Shown here in pieces: positions 26,640 through 39,880 of a stretch of DNA of 64,000 nt. This DNA comes from Eledone cirrhosa (lineage: Eukaryota). The position numbers were made by a program, and so were the translations under genes. Below the pieces are notes generated by a model. The model was not told the origin of the DNA. It saw only the letters and a list, made by a program, of their open reading frames with translations, and ran no database searches. Numbering within the stretch: position 1 is the stretch's first letter; each line of letters begins with the position of its first letter. Location of the stretch: NCBI GenBank assembly GCA_964016885.1, contig OZ024742.1, positions 317,998,001-318,062,000 of the forward strand, written 5' to 3'.

Positions 26640-27231
26640 TTACCTATGGTCATGAATCTTGGGTAATGATCGAAACAATACGATTGCGAATACAAGCGGT
26701 TGAAATGGGGTTCCTCCGAAGGTTCTTTTGAGTAACATTACCCGATAGAGTACGTAACTCGAAGATCAGAGAGTCACTCCAGGTAGAGCTGCTACTTCTC
26801 CGAATTGAGAGATCACAGTTCCGATACTATGGGGATGTGGTTAGAATGTCTCAGGAAAGAACCGCTGGACAGATTTTACGGACAAAACCAACCGGTGGGA
26901 GACCCAGGGGTAGATCCTGAGCAAGATGGTTGGATAACATCCATGGGCTTGGCTGGTCTCTCTTGGGGATCTAGCCGGATCGGTCGGAGACGGTTGCTTC
27001 TGACAGGACCCACTGGAAGGAGTGTTTGAGGACTCTTCCCCCCGTGCCCCTTCTCAAGAAGAAGAAGAAGAAGAAGAAGAAGAAGAAGAAGAAGAAGAAG
27101 AAGAAGAAGAAGAAGAAGAAGAAGAAGAAGAAGAAGAAGAAGAAGAAGAAGAAGAAGAAGAAGAAGAAGAAGAAGAAGAAGAAGAAGAAGAAGAAGAAGA
27201 AGAAGAAGAAGAAGAAGAAGAAGAAGAAGAA
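26640..27231 (+). mobile_element. RTE LINE 3' fragment with (GAA)n tail
   Basis: TYGHESW..EMGFLRR..GRPRGR motifs; (GAA)n from 27057. Confidence 0.85.
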
Positions 27232-27899
27232 ATGTTTATCCTTCTCGTTATAGGCCACAAATATTTCTAGACGTATGATAAGGGACGCAACTCCATATCA
27301 TGTCACTTATGACAGTTCTTTTAGAGTTATCTCTCCTATATTCTGATTTGTGATGAAATGAACAATTTGTTAATGTTATTCGCAAATTTCTCCGTGGACG
27401 AAAGTGCTTTTTCTAGATAACAGTGACAAAATGAATTGTTTAAATCCAAATCAGTCCTAGTTGTTATATTCAAAATAGTTCCTGTCGTGACTATCCAGCT
27501 TTGCTCTTCAGGTATTGTGTATATAGGACTACATTATCCAATGTGTTCTTCCTATTGATTGTTGATAAGTTGGAGGCAAAATGTATGGTGGATATAGTGG
27601 AATAGACTACGACTCATTGAACATCCGCAGACCGGAGACTGTGTGCTAATGATTGCAACATGGGCTCAAGCTAAGAAATTCGATTTTTCTCACTTCAATT
27701 ATAAACATAATCTTTCAATGCATGAAGGTTTGTAAAAAGAAAAATCTTTCTTAATTCCTTTTGATATTGTAAACAGTAGTAAAAAAAAAAGTTTTTTTTT
27801 CTTTTTCGCCTTCTTTCCATAGTGTTGAATAGTTTTTTTGTTTTTTGTTTTGTTTTGTTTTGTATTTTTGTCTTGCTTTCTATGCTTTCTATGCTTTCT

Positions 27900-28560
27900 A
27901 ATGCTTGGCACGGACGAGTTTTAAAGGGAGGCAACTCATGATTTTGTTGATCCGAAGTCGAATCCAGCTTAACCCCAGTCCTCCCATGTCTTTGGACGCC
28001 TTTGCTATCTCTGTTGCGATTCTTCGTGCCTTGTACGGCAAATGCAAGGAGGGGAACTTATTTCCAAGCCAAGCTTTGTAAGTCTCCTTCTTTGCTCGGA
28101 TGGCATCTTTGACCTCTTGATTGAACCAAGGGATCCTCCTGCCATCCAGAGTCACACCAACACTCTTTCTCCTGCAGCATTTAACAGCTGACGCAGAAAC
28201 TGCTACGTTAAACAATCTCCACTCTGTCTCAACGTCCTCAGTTTGTTCAGAGAGTTCTCTGAATTTGGATGCAATAATATCTGCGTACGTGGTCCTCACT
28301 TCCTTATTATCAATGCTTCCCACTTTATCCAGTAGGTCACCCTGAACCTGCTAGTTTTGTGGGTTTCTTTGGCTTTAGGTAGTCTCAAGTCGCAGATAAC
28401 TAAATGGTGATCAGTTAACAGCTCAGCCCCTCTATTAACACGAACAACCAACACAGAATCAAAGAGGTCAGAGACAATAATAAAATCAATTATTGATCTC
28501 TGTCCATGATTCCTTTTATACCATGATTGTTTTGTTTATTTAACCGTCTGAAACAACTTG
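27900..28560 (-). mobile_element. RTE LINE fragment (APE end and linker)
   Basis: SIIDFIIVS..RG.EL.TDHHLV (APE C-terminus), then DVETEW..PWFNQEVKDAIRAKKE. Confidence 0.75.
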
Positions 28561-29019
28561 TTTTTAACGAAATTTATATTGGCATAGTACTCTCGGGAGT
28601 ACATTCTTCTTTTCTCTTTATATATATATATATCCTAGTTTTAAATTTTCCTAAAAGGGTTTTCAACAAAAATAATTAATTTTCGAAAATATGAATAGAA
28701 ATTAGTTTTATCAACATTATCTCGAATTACGTCCCCTGCTTCGTGGACTAAAATACTGAATTTTTTTTTTTTTTTTTTTAGAATTAGGAAATTCTAATGT
28801 GTTCCCTCAACTTTCTAGAAATAGCAGCCAAATTTCTCTCAGATCACATTTTATCTCGTTGGATCCATATAAGCCCAGAAAATATCCCGAAACACACGGT
28901 AAAATTATACTTGGAATGCTATTTGATTATAGGTTTATTTGATCAATGTTAACTTGGGCTAATGTAATTTATAAGAGTAGCTTCTGTAATTTCTGCATAT
29001 GAATAGAGATAACTCTGTT

Positions 29020-29265
29020 ATGGTCTTTGTGGAGTCCATACAGGGGTGGTATGTCATTGTTAGAAGCCTGGAAGTTATTGGCCGTGCGTCTATTTGGTCT
29101 CATGTGAGCATTGAGGATTCTTTCTCTTTCGTCCTGTGTTTGTGGTGTTGTTTCACTCGCGTTGATGTGGTGGGGTTGCATAGCCTTGATGTAGTTCGGA
29201 ATGCTGTCTATTGACATTCTGCCGGATTTGTCTGTAGGTAGAAAGAATCTCAATGTTCACATGAG
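29020..29265 (-). mobile_element. Penelope-like RT N-terminal fragment
   Basis: PTDKSGRM..PPLYGLHKDH motifs typical of the region before PLE RT. Confidence 0.55.
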
Positions 29266-29439
29266 GATGTGGACTAACATTAGAAATAATAATTGTTTCT
29301 ACTTTAGGAACAAGGCCAGCAAGTACCCAGTTCATTACTGGTACTTTATTTTATCGACCCCGTAAGGATGAAAGGCAAAGTCAACCTCGGCGGGATTTGA
29401 ACTCACATTAGAAATAATAATATTCAAAATATCCAGTTG

Positions 29440-29700
29440 TTGCTGTCATGAGGCACTCCGTCGGTTGATCTAATCAACGGAACAGCCTGCTTGTGAAGTT
29501 AATGTGCATCTCAGGAAGATTCAGGGTGACACAGAATGTAACAAGGCTGGCTATTCGAACTACAGGTACAACTCATTTTTGCCAGCAGAGTGGACTGGAG
29601 CAACGTGTAATAAAGTGTCTTGCTCAAGGATACAACGCTTCGCTGGGAATCGAACTCACAACGTTACTTTTGTAAGCCGAATACCCTAGCCACAAAGCCA
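29440..29700 (-). mobile_element. CORE-type SINE
   Basis: Reverse complement of a tRNA head plus CCTTGAGCAAGACACTTTATTACACGTTGCTCCAGTCCACTC. Confidence 0.75.
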
Positions 29701-29890
29701 GAAAGGCATAACTACAGTTTAATCGCCACCACTCACCGACTTTGATTCATCATAACTTTCTTAATGATTGTTTCTACATTTGGCACATTATTTTATTATT
29801 AATTTAACAATGATGTTGATCATCTACAACAAACTGGACTTGAAAGGCAACTTCTAGGTTCTTTCACAATTTCATATCGCTTATTAAGAG

Positions 29891-30330
29891 TGTAGCAAGA
29901 GTTGCCTCCCTTGTCGTGACGGTCTCATCACCGCTCTCTAGACAGGAAGTAGCTGGAGTTGCTTCCCTTTGGGATTGACAGACTCCCTGTTGGTCACTTC
30001 CGGTCAACTCTTATAAAAGGAGCAGGTTACCACGATATCTCCCTCTTGCCTCCTGATTTCTGAAGTGGTAACACCTGCGACCTTAGCTTGTGATGATTCC
30101 TTCTTGATAATCCTTCGCTACCAAGAACAATGCAACTTGCAGCCTGAGCCTAAGATGTCAATAACAGCTAGAAAAGATCTCTTCTTTTCTCTACCAACTT
30201 CAGCCTCGAGTTATGACCATCGGGTAACAAATCCTTAATATTTAATGCCTTTGACTTCCATGAAGTAAAAACTTTATTATAACACACACACTGTCTTTTT
30301 TATGTTGTATGTACACCGATACTAATCTCC
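29891..30330 (+). mobile_element. Solo LTR related to the 37841/58307 family
   Basis: Starts TGTAGCAAGAGTTGCCTCCCTTG..CGCTCTCTAGACAGGAAGTAG; 3' end uncertain. Confidence 0.6.
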
Positions 30331-30994
30331 TAAAAGAGTTAATAAATATTTACATTGGCCTTTTGCTAAAGATTGTATATTTTCATAAGAGGTTGAGCCG
30401 AAACAAGTTTACTAATATGCAATGGGATGGAAGAAAACTATAATTAATATTGAAACCTATTTATCTATATTGTTATGTGGGTATTTGGAAGGCGCGTGGC
30501 GTAGCTTAGTAGTTAGAGAGTTTGGATTGGCAATCGTGAGGTTGCGAGTTCAATTCTAGGAACAGGTGATGCGTTGTGTCCTTGAGCAAGATCTTATTTC
30601 ACGCTACTCTTTCTGCCAGGAGTTGCGACCAGTAAATGGTATCAGCCATGAAAAGACCGATGGAAACATTGGTTCCTTGGTCCGATCTGACGAAGTCTAC
30701 CCCACTTAGTAAGCAAATGAGATTTGGGATCTTGTCGGTCGATCAGAGAGATGCGGGTATATGAACAATACCTGACAGGCTAACGCTGGTGCTTTGCATA
30801 GTTATGGATGCGGCAAAGATATTGAGTGATTTATTTATTGATCACAAGAAATTCTTTTATATTTTATTTAATTATACAGATTTGTATAAAACTGTGACTC
30901 CTTATGATTTATTGATGCATCTCTCTGAGATCTGCGTCATAGGGGGCTACCTAGTTGGCCTTAATGGTAGTTCCGGCCGAGATATTACTAATAC

Positions 30995-31075
<81 letters not shown>

Positions 31076-32769
31076 CGTTCCGACAACGAGTGTTCCAGTT
31101 TATTCGATCAACGGTACAGCCTACACGAGATTGAACACGGAAATGCTTTTGCGGCCTTGTCTGCGAGGCGCAGCCCCAACACCGCCGCGCCCTAGGCCCA
31201 GAGCCAATCGCCATCCCCGCTTCACCTTCCCTTTCTTCTGTGGCCCCAGAGTCCTCACTTTTCCCCTCCATTTCCTCTCATTCATTGGTTTCATAGTCCC
31301 TTCCTCTACTTTCCCATACAGCCAGATCTGCCCTTCCTTACCCCTTACCCATTTTCTCATTACTTGATTTTTGCTTTTGTCTTTCTTTCTCATATTTATT
31401 GTATATATTATTTGTATTTATATTCTCATACTGTAAGAATTATAAACAATTTGTTACGTTATTTATACACCCGTGAATAAAATGCCAAATTAGATTTTAA
31501 GAATATATAATTATGGTTTCTTGAATGCGGCCTTATTACATCACAAGTAATTTAATGCGGCCTTTCAACGTGAAAAGATTCCTCCGCCTCTGCACTAGAC
31601 CATGACACAATTTCCTTGATGTATATAATTCTTTCTTTTTGATGGCATATACTCATGTGACTGACACGCTGATAATCACTGTGAATAAATCTCGCTGGGT
31701 AACAATAACAGGGTGTATACCAAGTAGTAACACTTCATCATTTTTTTTCTATTACGGATCCATATTTTCTGTGCTATTTTTAAACATAAAAAACACACAT
31801 TTCCAATAACCTGTGTGTATATCTAATCGGGTAACAAATTACACAAGATGACTCATAGCTAGTCGAATCGTCATGAAAGTTTATCTATAGTAGTCGTGAC
31901 TAGCAATAACAATAGAAATATGATACTGTTTCATTTTAATTGGATATTTTTGTCACTAAGAAAGAGAAACGTATTACTAAGGATATACACGGCTACAGGC
32001 GAAGCAGGTGGACAAGCTGGCGTGGGCCTACAATACACGCCTCAATACATCCGTAATCACATGAAATTAACATTGGTTACTAAAATACTTTATGAATAGT
32101 TAACTAAGCCTACATTTTACATCAAACCTGGACGTCTAATCAACATTTGAGACCTACGTTCTATATCAGATCTGAGCCTATTACCAGCTTTGGGGGCCTA
32201 CATTTTACATTTGGTCGGGCCCTTTTACTATCTTTGTTTCACTGTGGATAGTATAAATATTTCTGTTGAGTATGACACAGCAAAACTTTCATTAAAACAT
32301 TCTGAAACATTTAAATTCAAACAAGCTAACCATGGCCATGGGGGGAATATTGAATCCTACTACACAAGGTTACGTTCGTTATCTGTAATGCATAAGTTCT
32401 TTGGTGCAAACAAAGGAATTTGGGCACAGATTTTGCTAGGCTGTTCTTTTACAAGGGTCATATATAAGGGCGTAAAATAATATTAATCTCTAAAACAAGT
32501 TTTTTTATAAAGTAAGAGCGCTTGAATTAGCTAATGACAGATCTACAGCTATAGAGATTTTAGTGTTCTATCAGACCAAGGATTATTTACTTGAGTAAAT
32601 ATCACCAGCATCTAACTACTAATTTTTATACAGAAAAGGATAAGATATATTTACGAAACACCATATCGAATACAAGTCTTCATTTTATTTTAACTCCGTC
32701 ATAATTGTGGTACACAAAATATCCTCACGCATATTTAGGTTTAATCCAAGCTCGTGTTTAACATGTTCA

Positions 32770-32984
32770 TCTCCAGTGTTGTCGGTTCGAAGGTAAGCGC
32801 CAAAGAGAGAGTATACCTTCGGCGGAACGCGCCTGGCCGAAGGCCAGGCAGCCAAAAGGTGAAAAGAGAGGAAGATAGCTTTCAGCTCTCTCCTTTATAG
32901 TTCCCTGGACGGAAGTCACAAAAAGGGTTCTGGAAATTCCAACGGGAAGTAACTCCAGCTACTTCCTGTCTAGAGAGCGCTACA
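32770..32984 (-). mobile_element. LTR fragment, same family
   Basis: Ends ctacttcctgtctagagagcgctaca (reverse complement TGTAGCG..). Confidence 0.65.
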
Positions 32985-33199
32985 AGATCAACCAATGTTT
33001 ATACAAGCGAATGGGTTCCAGTTCTGACAGACGTGGCAATAGAGAGGGCAGCAACAACTCTTCATAAGTTTGAAATGATAGCAATGGCGGCACACAGTGC
33101 TCCAAGAGTAACGTCGAGGTTGTTACCAATCGCCAGTCTACACATTGTTCCATGACATTGTTACAGTGTGGATCCTGTATGTCTCGTGGGAGCAATGAC

Positions 33200-33315
33200 C
33201 CGGTTGTTTGTCGCTACTGTGGTGGCTCATTTTCCCATGATTCTTGTCCAACTAAGGAGAAAGACTGCTAAAGTTACCATAAAAGGAATTATTTTGTTCA
33301 TATCTGTCAATCTAA
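33200..33315 (+). pseudogene. Gypsy-like gag zinc-knuckle remnant
   Basis: CRYCGGSFSHDSCPTKEKDC*SYHKRNYFVHIC. Confidence 0.5.
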
Positions 33316-33449
33316 CAAACTAAGTGTAAGGCAGATCTTTTTCTCACATTTCTAAATCAGAACATTTAAACAGAGCATGACACTACATAAAATATTCCAT
33401 TGAAACGATAGTCCTGGAGATTAAAATATAAGATACAATGATGTGGAAG

Positions 33450-33770
33450 GATATTAATTCCATAATATGAAAGAATGATGGTTGAATGTTCTTGTTAGAA
33501 ACTCAGTGAAATATAAGCACAACAGCCCAGATACAATGATCTAGAGCAAAGAAAAGTAAGTGTGCACTGCAGTTGGCTTGCAGATGTTAACATAATGTTG
33601 TAGCAAAAGAAAACATATATACCGAACTAATTAGAAATCTGCAGATATTACACCTGAGCTATAACTTTACATTATACCTGTGGATACTGGGGCATTTAGT
33701 TGTGTATCTAATTGCATTAGAGCTAACATTGAGAAGCTGGACTTCACAAAATAAGAGAGAACAGTTAATA
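33450..33770 (+). mobile_element. Decayed RLE-type (R4/Dong-like) non-LTR fragment
   Basis: Degenerate homolog of 34200-34537. Confidence 0.6.
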
Positions 33771-34199
33771 TTGACAACATAAGAATGTGATTTGACTGCT
33801 ATTTAACTCTCGATGTCTTGTACAACTGAAAGCTGTCGTTTAAATAGTTAATGAAAATTTGAAGACGTAGATACTTGTATATGCGGTGTGGTAAATAAAT
33901 ATATACATATATATTAAGTCTGAACATAATGGAATCAAATTCCCATTGTCACTGCCTCCGTCTCGCTCGCTCTTTCCATCTCACATAAGCAAACAGAGGT
34001 CCACGTGCTAGCTGCTCCGCAGCCCTTGCAGACATAATAGAGAAGGCGTTACCCCGGAGGATGGTGAGGGAGACGCATTGGACGAGCCATTCCAACACGC
34101 GAGGCTCACACATGCGGGTAGCCAACTCCGTGCCGGTGGTGGTGAGTAGGAGGGGTTCCTAGGGCCAAGAACACCAAAAGTTTTCACAACTGCATTCGC

Positions 34200-34552
34200 A
34201 AGACATTATTATGATATGGGACAGGGAAAAGAAAGCATGCACAGTAGTGGAAGTTAGCTGCCCAGCAGATGCCAATATAATATCAAGGATTAGCGAAAAG
34301 GAGAATATTTATGCAGAACTAATGAGAAATCTGCAGATACTCCACCCTGATTACACCTTCAGATTTATGCCTGTGATTATTGGGGCACTGGGGTATGTTA
34401 GTAACTGCCTCAATACAAATCTTGAGAAGCTAGGTTTCACAGGAACAGAAAGAACACAACTAGTTAGGAAATTACAAGTACAATCCATTAATGGAACAGT
34501 AAAAATATGTAAAACATTCCAAACATTTTGCATCTAATAACTGCATATACAC
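34200..34552 (+). mobile_element. R4/Dong-like non-LTR retrotransposon, restriction-like endonuclease 3' end
   Basis: DIIIWDREKKACTVVEVSCPAD..KENIYAEL..PVIIGALG; 3' UTR resumes at 36936-37140 after the hAT insertion. Confidence 0.8.
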
Positions 34553-36927
34553 TAGGCATATTCCTAAAGTACACTTTTGTTTAAAAAAATAAGTGAGCAT
34601 GCCATTTTCAGATGAACTTTTACTAGAAAATACTTGTGAGCATGTTAAAAAATATTAGAAATTTTAAAAACTCTTGCACAAGGTAGATTCTTTAACATTG
34701 ATTAACTAATGTAGAATTGCATATACAATATACGTGTGTATGTAATAAAAATATAGTGTGCAATTTAACAGTTTATAAAATATAGAATTCTTCTTCAAAT
34801 TGTTTAATGGATCAACTTTATTGCTTGTTCATCACTTATTTGTCAGTTTAATCTGTTCATAAAATTCATAAAATGCATAAATAGAATAAATTAAAATTTG
34901 CGAGGTATATTTATATAATATATTTTAATATTTATAATTATATTATAAATTTCAGATGTATAAAAATCCAGTTGCTAGAGAGGAAAGTAAAAAGATTTGG
35001 GCACAAAATATTTGTCATTTGTAAAAGAGAAAGAAATCTAGGAAAACGAAAATTCAAAGTTCATTAATCGAATTATGCAAGCTACCTACTGAGCAACAGA
35101 TCGTTGATAGATATATCACTCTTGCTGCTGAAGAGAAAAATACCAAAAAAAGAATTAAGATAATTACTGGAGAATGTGACAGTTTATGGGAAAAGTTCAG
35201 CTTTCCAACTATCAACAAACTTTCAATAACTCGAAAAATTGAAAAAATAATTTTAAAAAAGGAAAAAGAAGTGAAAAGACCTGGCTCTGCGAATTTCAAT
35301 AATCTGTTTGACATTACAAAAAGATATGGGATATGGTTAGCAGCCGAAGATTTGTCATTTTATAAAAAGCAAGTTGAGAGTTCTGGAAAGCTTGGGTATA
35401 CTACAATGAAAATAGACAGTGAAAAGAAAATCCATCCTTCTAAGAGAATTAAAAACAAAAAAGAACTAGATCATGATAAGCCATCCTGCTCATACATTCA
35501 TCTGGACTCAAATGAAAGTTACAGCGACACCGATACAAATACCAGCGATTACAAACCTTCACCTTCACCAGAAAAAAAAACGAAAAAGAGAAAACACAGT
35601 TCATGCTGTTAACCTAGTAAGAAATACTAAATTACCTAGTAGAAAAGCAGCAGCAGTTTGCAACGAATTTAAAAGTAGTGGTATTAAGGTGAGCACCCCG
35701 AGTCAGTCGGCAGTGCCCAAAGCAGTTATCAGAGAAGGTGAGAAACTCATAGAAAAGTGGAAAAATTAACTCAAAAGGGAAAAATGGAGCCTTCATTTTG
35801 ATGGAAAACGAATGAGAGACGTAGAATATCAGGTTGTAGTGATAAAAAATGATGAGAAAGAAATACGCCTGAGGCCGATGGTATTAAACAATGGAAAGGC
35901 TCTTACTATATTTAATGGATTGAAAGAAGTTATTGACAAATATGAACTGTGGGAATCTATCGTGATGATAGTCTCCGACACAACTAGTGTCAATACCGGC
36001 AAAAAGGCAGGAGTTGTTGCCATGCTCAACAGTGAGTTCGCGCGTCGCGGTTACAGCAAGCCATTATATGTTGGATGCCAGCACCACATTTTAGACCGTG
36101 CATTGAAAGTTTATTTTGATCAACTATATAGTAGCAAAACAACTTCGCCATATATCAATTATTACTTTGTTGAGGCCATTTTAAAGAACTATGACGAACT
36201 GAAGCAGAACTTTTCAAATGGAACGACGGAAATTAATGAAACCCCGACGCGCTGGAGAAGTGACATGGATTTCCTTCAGCATCTCATGATAGCCGTGCAA
36301 CATTTCTTTGAAAACGGTGAGTTTCCTAAAATAAATTTTTAAGAAATTACCTAATTTGCACAATGTTCGTTGGAATAGCCGAGCAATTTATTTGTTGCTT
36401 GGGTTTATTTTGATGCCTGATGAATGAGCGAAGCTGCGCGCTGGTGCCGAATACATCTGCGGAATGTGGGGGAAAATGTGGTTCTCAAGTCAACTGTATA
36501 CAGCTGACAGCAAGCAGAAACTCATTGACCAACTAATTAAGGCCAAGTGTGAAAAGGCTGCAAACACCGTCAGAAAATTTTGGTCTAATGAAGAATCTCC
36601 AATTGTGAAGCAACGCTCGAACATTTGTGCTGAGCGAGCTGTAAAAGTTGTGCAGGACCTTTTGCCATTTTGTAAAAGTAGTAGAACCTTAGAGATTAAA
36701 TTTTGTTTAACTAATAATTAAAATAATTTTTTTATTGTCATAATTTATTGTTTTGGGTATTTATTTTATGGGACTGGCTAATTACCAAAAAATTAAAAAT
36801 ATAAATTAGTATGTGCAAGAATTGTTTTCAAAATTTACAAAAAAACTACTGTAATTCTTTCTTTATGACAAAAACCTCATTAGAACATGGCATGCTCATA
36901 TGGGATTGTAAAAACGTCATATGCCTA
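34553..36927 (+). mobile_element. hAT (hATm-like) DNA transposon with disrupted transposase
   Basis: TIR TAGGCATAT/ATATGCCTA, subterminal tgagcatgccat; exact 8-bp TSD atatacac (34545-34552, 36928-36935); LHFDGK, SDTTSVNTG, CQHHILD, RWNS and AERAVK motifs across broken frames. Confidence 0.9.
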
Positions 36928-36935
36928 ATATACAC

Positions 36936-37140
36936 ATATACAGATACTAAGCATATACACATGCACACATACAACTCAAAACATACACATCCACACATAC
37001 AATAACATCCATATCGACACATGCATGCATACATATCTACCTAGTTGATGTTGTGTAAATTCCAATGAAAGAGTCTTGTGTCTGTTAGAAACCGACTCTC
37101 TCTGTATTGGTAAAAATCTGTGAAATTATAAAACCAGAAC
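36936..37140 (+). mobile_element. 3' UTR of the R4/Dong-like element
   Basis: Ends aattataaaaccagaac then (CATA)n; same end at 42700-42990(-) and 55865-56100(-). Confidence 0.7.
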
Positions 37141-37161
37141 ATACACACATACATACATACA

Positions 37162-37197
<36 letters not shown>

Positions 37198-37199
<2 letters not shown>

Positions 37200-37655
37200 C
37201 GGAAAAATGAAACGAAATTTCATTTCCCACTCTTAGTACGGCTGTTACTTAAATATAAGTATGTACGCGTACATACATATATGTATACAGACGTACAGTA
37301 GTATGTATATATATATATACATACATGCACACATATATATATGTATATATGGATTCACCGAACATTTATTATAATGCTCGGTGTGTTTGTAAACAAACAT
37401 CCCGTATTAAGCCGTAGTGTCCAGCAACCATCGTTGCTCGTTTGTTCAACACTGACAAAGGAACGCTGTACTAGTTTCAAGCTTATTAGCTATCGTCAGC
37501 AACGTATACCTTCCTGCCAGATTGTTGAACGTATATACTTACCTTATGCATATTAACGGCTGAGTAGCCCAATTTGCATATCGAGTGGGTTAATCGGCCG
37601 GGTGCACCGAAAACGATAAACGGAAAAAATGAAACGAAATTTCATTTCCCACTCT
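37198..37655 (-). mobile_element. Retrozyme-like monomer with terminal direct redundancy (family H)
   Basis: About 36-bp direct repeat aacggaaaaatgaaacgaaatttcatttcccactct at both ends, about 420 bp apart; internal HHR; partial copies at 55515-55705 and 15995-16036. Confidence 0.8.
37464..37504 (-). ncRNA. Hammerhead ribozyme (family H)
   Basis: Minus strand cgttg-CTGACGA-t-agct-aata-agct-t-GAAA-ctag-TA-cagcg. Confidence 0.85.
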
Positions 37656-37840
37656 GCTAGTATTTGTAAATATTTTACAATCTTTGTAGTCAGTTAATCA
37701 ATTTGGCAATTCTAAAGCTCTCGTTTTTGGTTTTCCAAAATATGGTTTATATACTGATAATAAATTCTGAATTTCTGTTACAAAATCTTCATCGATAAAG
37801 CTATATTCGTATGATAAAGTTATATTCGTATGTATACTAG

Positions 37841-39880
37841 TGTGTATGAATGTAACAAAGACAATTGGTTTCTGTGTATAATATTTAATTAACAATATGT
37901 GGATATATAGAACAGTATAGTTGACATGTCAATGAATAGATGAGAGAATGAAACAAAGTTATTAGTTACCGCTTGGGTGCCAGGTGCACGCACCTGAGCG
38001 AAGACTCCTGGCGAAGGCCAGGAGGCGCCTGACCGAAAAGGCTAATGAGAGAGAGAGAACTTAAAGTTGTTAGTTTTATAGGGTTATGACCGGAAGTTAC
38101 AGAAAGGGTTCTACTTCCTGTCTAGAGAGCGTTAATCTATTGGGGTTGTGAGTGTCACAACAAGGGAGGCAACTCCTGCTACATTACTTCCCGCCAGATT
38201 TTTAGAATATAAAAATCGAATGAAATATGTATGTAGCAAGTTGGCGAGAATGTTGTAACAGGCATGAAAATTACGAAAAAAAAATAATGTTTGCAAAAAT
38301 CAATGATAGATATCAAGGTAGCCAACCGCTCTTGGCCAGAGAACGACTGGACATCTATCTATCCATCACCCAAAGATACAATGTAATAAAGTAAGAGAAG
38401 AGCTCAAAGTTCAAATGTACAAAATATAGTTCACAGGTGTGCAATCACATGACAGCAGGAAAGAAAGTGTATTCCAGAGAATGAATGCAGGTGGTTTCTG
38501 TTCTGTGGTATATCGTGAAATTTCCAACCTCCGAATGGATTTTCTCACAGGAAGAGTGCTGCAAAAATAAATTCTCTGGCTTATTCTGCTGGTTTTGGTT
38601 GTTGATGAAGCTGTGTTGCTGTTGATGTTGTTGTCTCGCGGAGAGAGCGTATTCGATGTTTAATTTCACAGTAAAAAAAATTTTAAGAAAAAATGAGTTG
38701 CGCAAAGTGCTAGAAATAACAGCCGAAGTTGATGGTCGATGTTGAGAATGCGTTGACCTGGAAGGGTCAAGAGGCCAGCGACCAAAGGAATAAGCATTCT
38801 GAATAAATGCGCAGTTTTCAACGGCAAATTTACGTGGCAAATTTTTAAACCGGCAAATAGGAGAATATAGCTTAAGGCTGGAGAATCCTTGGCGAGAAAC
38901 GTTATCCCTGGCGTGCGGATATCTCTGTGAGTCGAGATATCTCCGTGAATCGAGAATCCTACACGTGCCAAAACAAGGTTAAGTTGAAAAAATAATATTT
39001 CTAACGCGCGAGAAAATGGCGCGAAAATGATAGTGCAACAGGTCGTTGGCAGCCATTTTGAAAAAATGTGTGTGTGAAAGTGACAATGATGAAAAGAAAG
39101 AAAGGCTTCACTTAGCATAACAAATATGGCGAGTTCAATTTGTTTTGTTTTTTTTAGTTTTGGTGTGAACTTTGAAAAAAAAACTTGAACGATGAAGAAA
39201 ACGGCAATGGTTGAGGTTCATCGAAAATAAATGTTCCTGTTGAAATGTTTTTTAAAATAAATCAAATTTCTTTTTTTTTTTTTTTTTAAGTGTTCGTTGT
39301 AAGAGACGAGAAACATATATATATATATATATCGTGAAATGCGACAGTAAGTTGATGCGTGAGAGAAAAAGTCTGTCTGAACGCGAATTTCACATGTGCG
39401 TGTTCGTTTCTTTGACTGCTTATTTTCATAGTTTGTCAATAAAATGTTGCTGTGTATTCGTAATGTTACTCACACAACACCAGATTCTGCTATTTTTTTT
39501 CTTTTTTCGGGGTCACCACTTATAACAATGAACGGCTGCGTGTTCGTATCACGTCGCGGTCACCAATTATAGCGAATTTCTGGTGTGTATGAATGTAACA
39601 AAGACAATTGGTTTGTGTGTATAATATTTAATTAACAATATGTGGATATATAGAACAGTATAGTTGACATGTCAATGAATAGATGAGAGAATGAAACAAA
39701 GTTATTAGTTACCGCTTGGGTGCCAGGTGCACGCGCCTGATCGAAGACTCCTGGCGAAGGCCAGGAGGCGCCTGACCGAAAAGGCGAATGAGAGAGAGAG
39801 AACTTAAAGTTGTTAGTTTTATAGGGTTCTGACCGGAAGTTACAGAAAGGGTTCTACTTCCTGTCTAGAGAGCGTTAATC
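37841..39880 (-). mobile_element. Non-autonomous LTR retrotransposon, copy 1
   Basis: Direct LTRs 37841-38183 and 39568-39880 (both slightly truncated); PPT next to 38183; tRNA-Trp PBS at 39534-39565; no gag/pol motifs seen. Confidence 0.85.

Noticed and set aside
38445-39118. ORFs inside the LTR element as gag/env
   Set aside because: No recognisable motifs, and the frames are not conserved in the second copy
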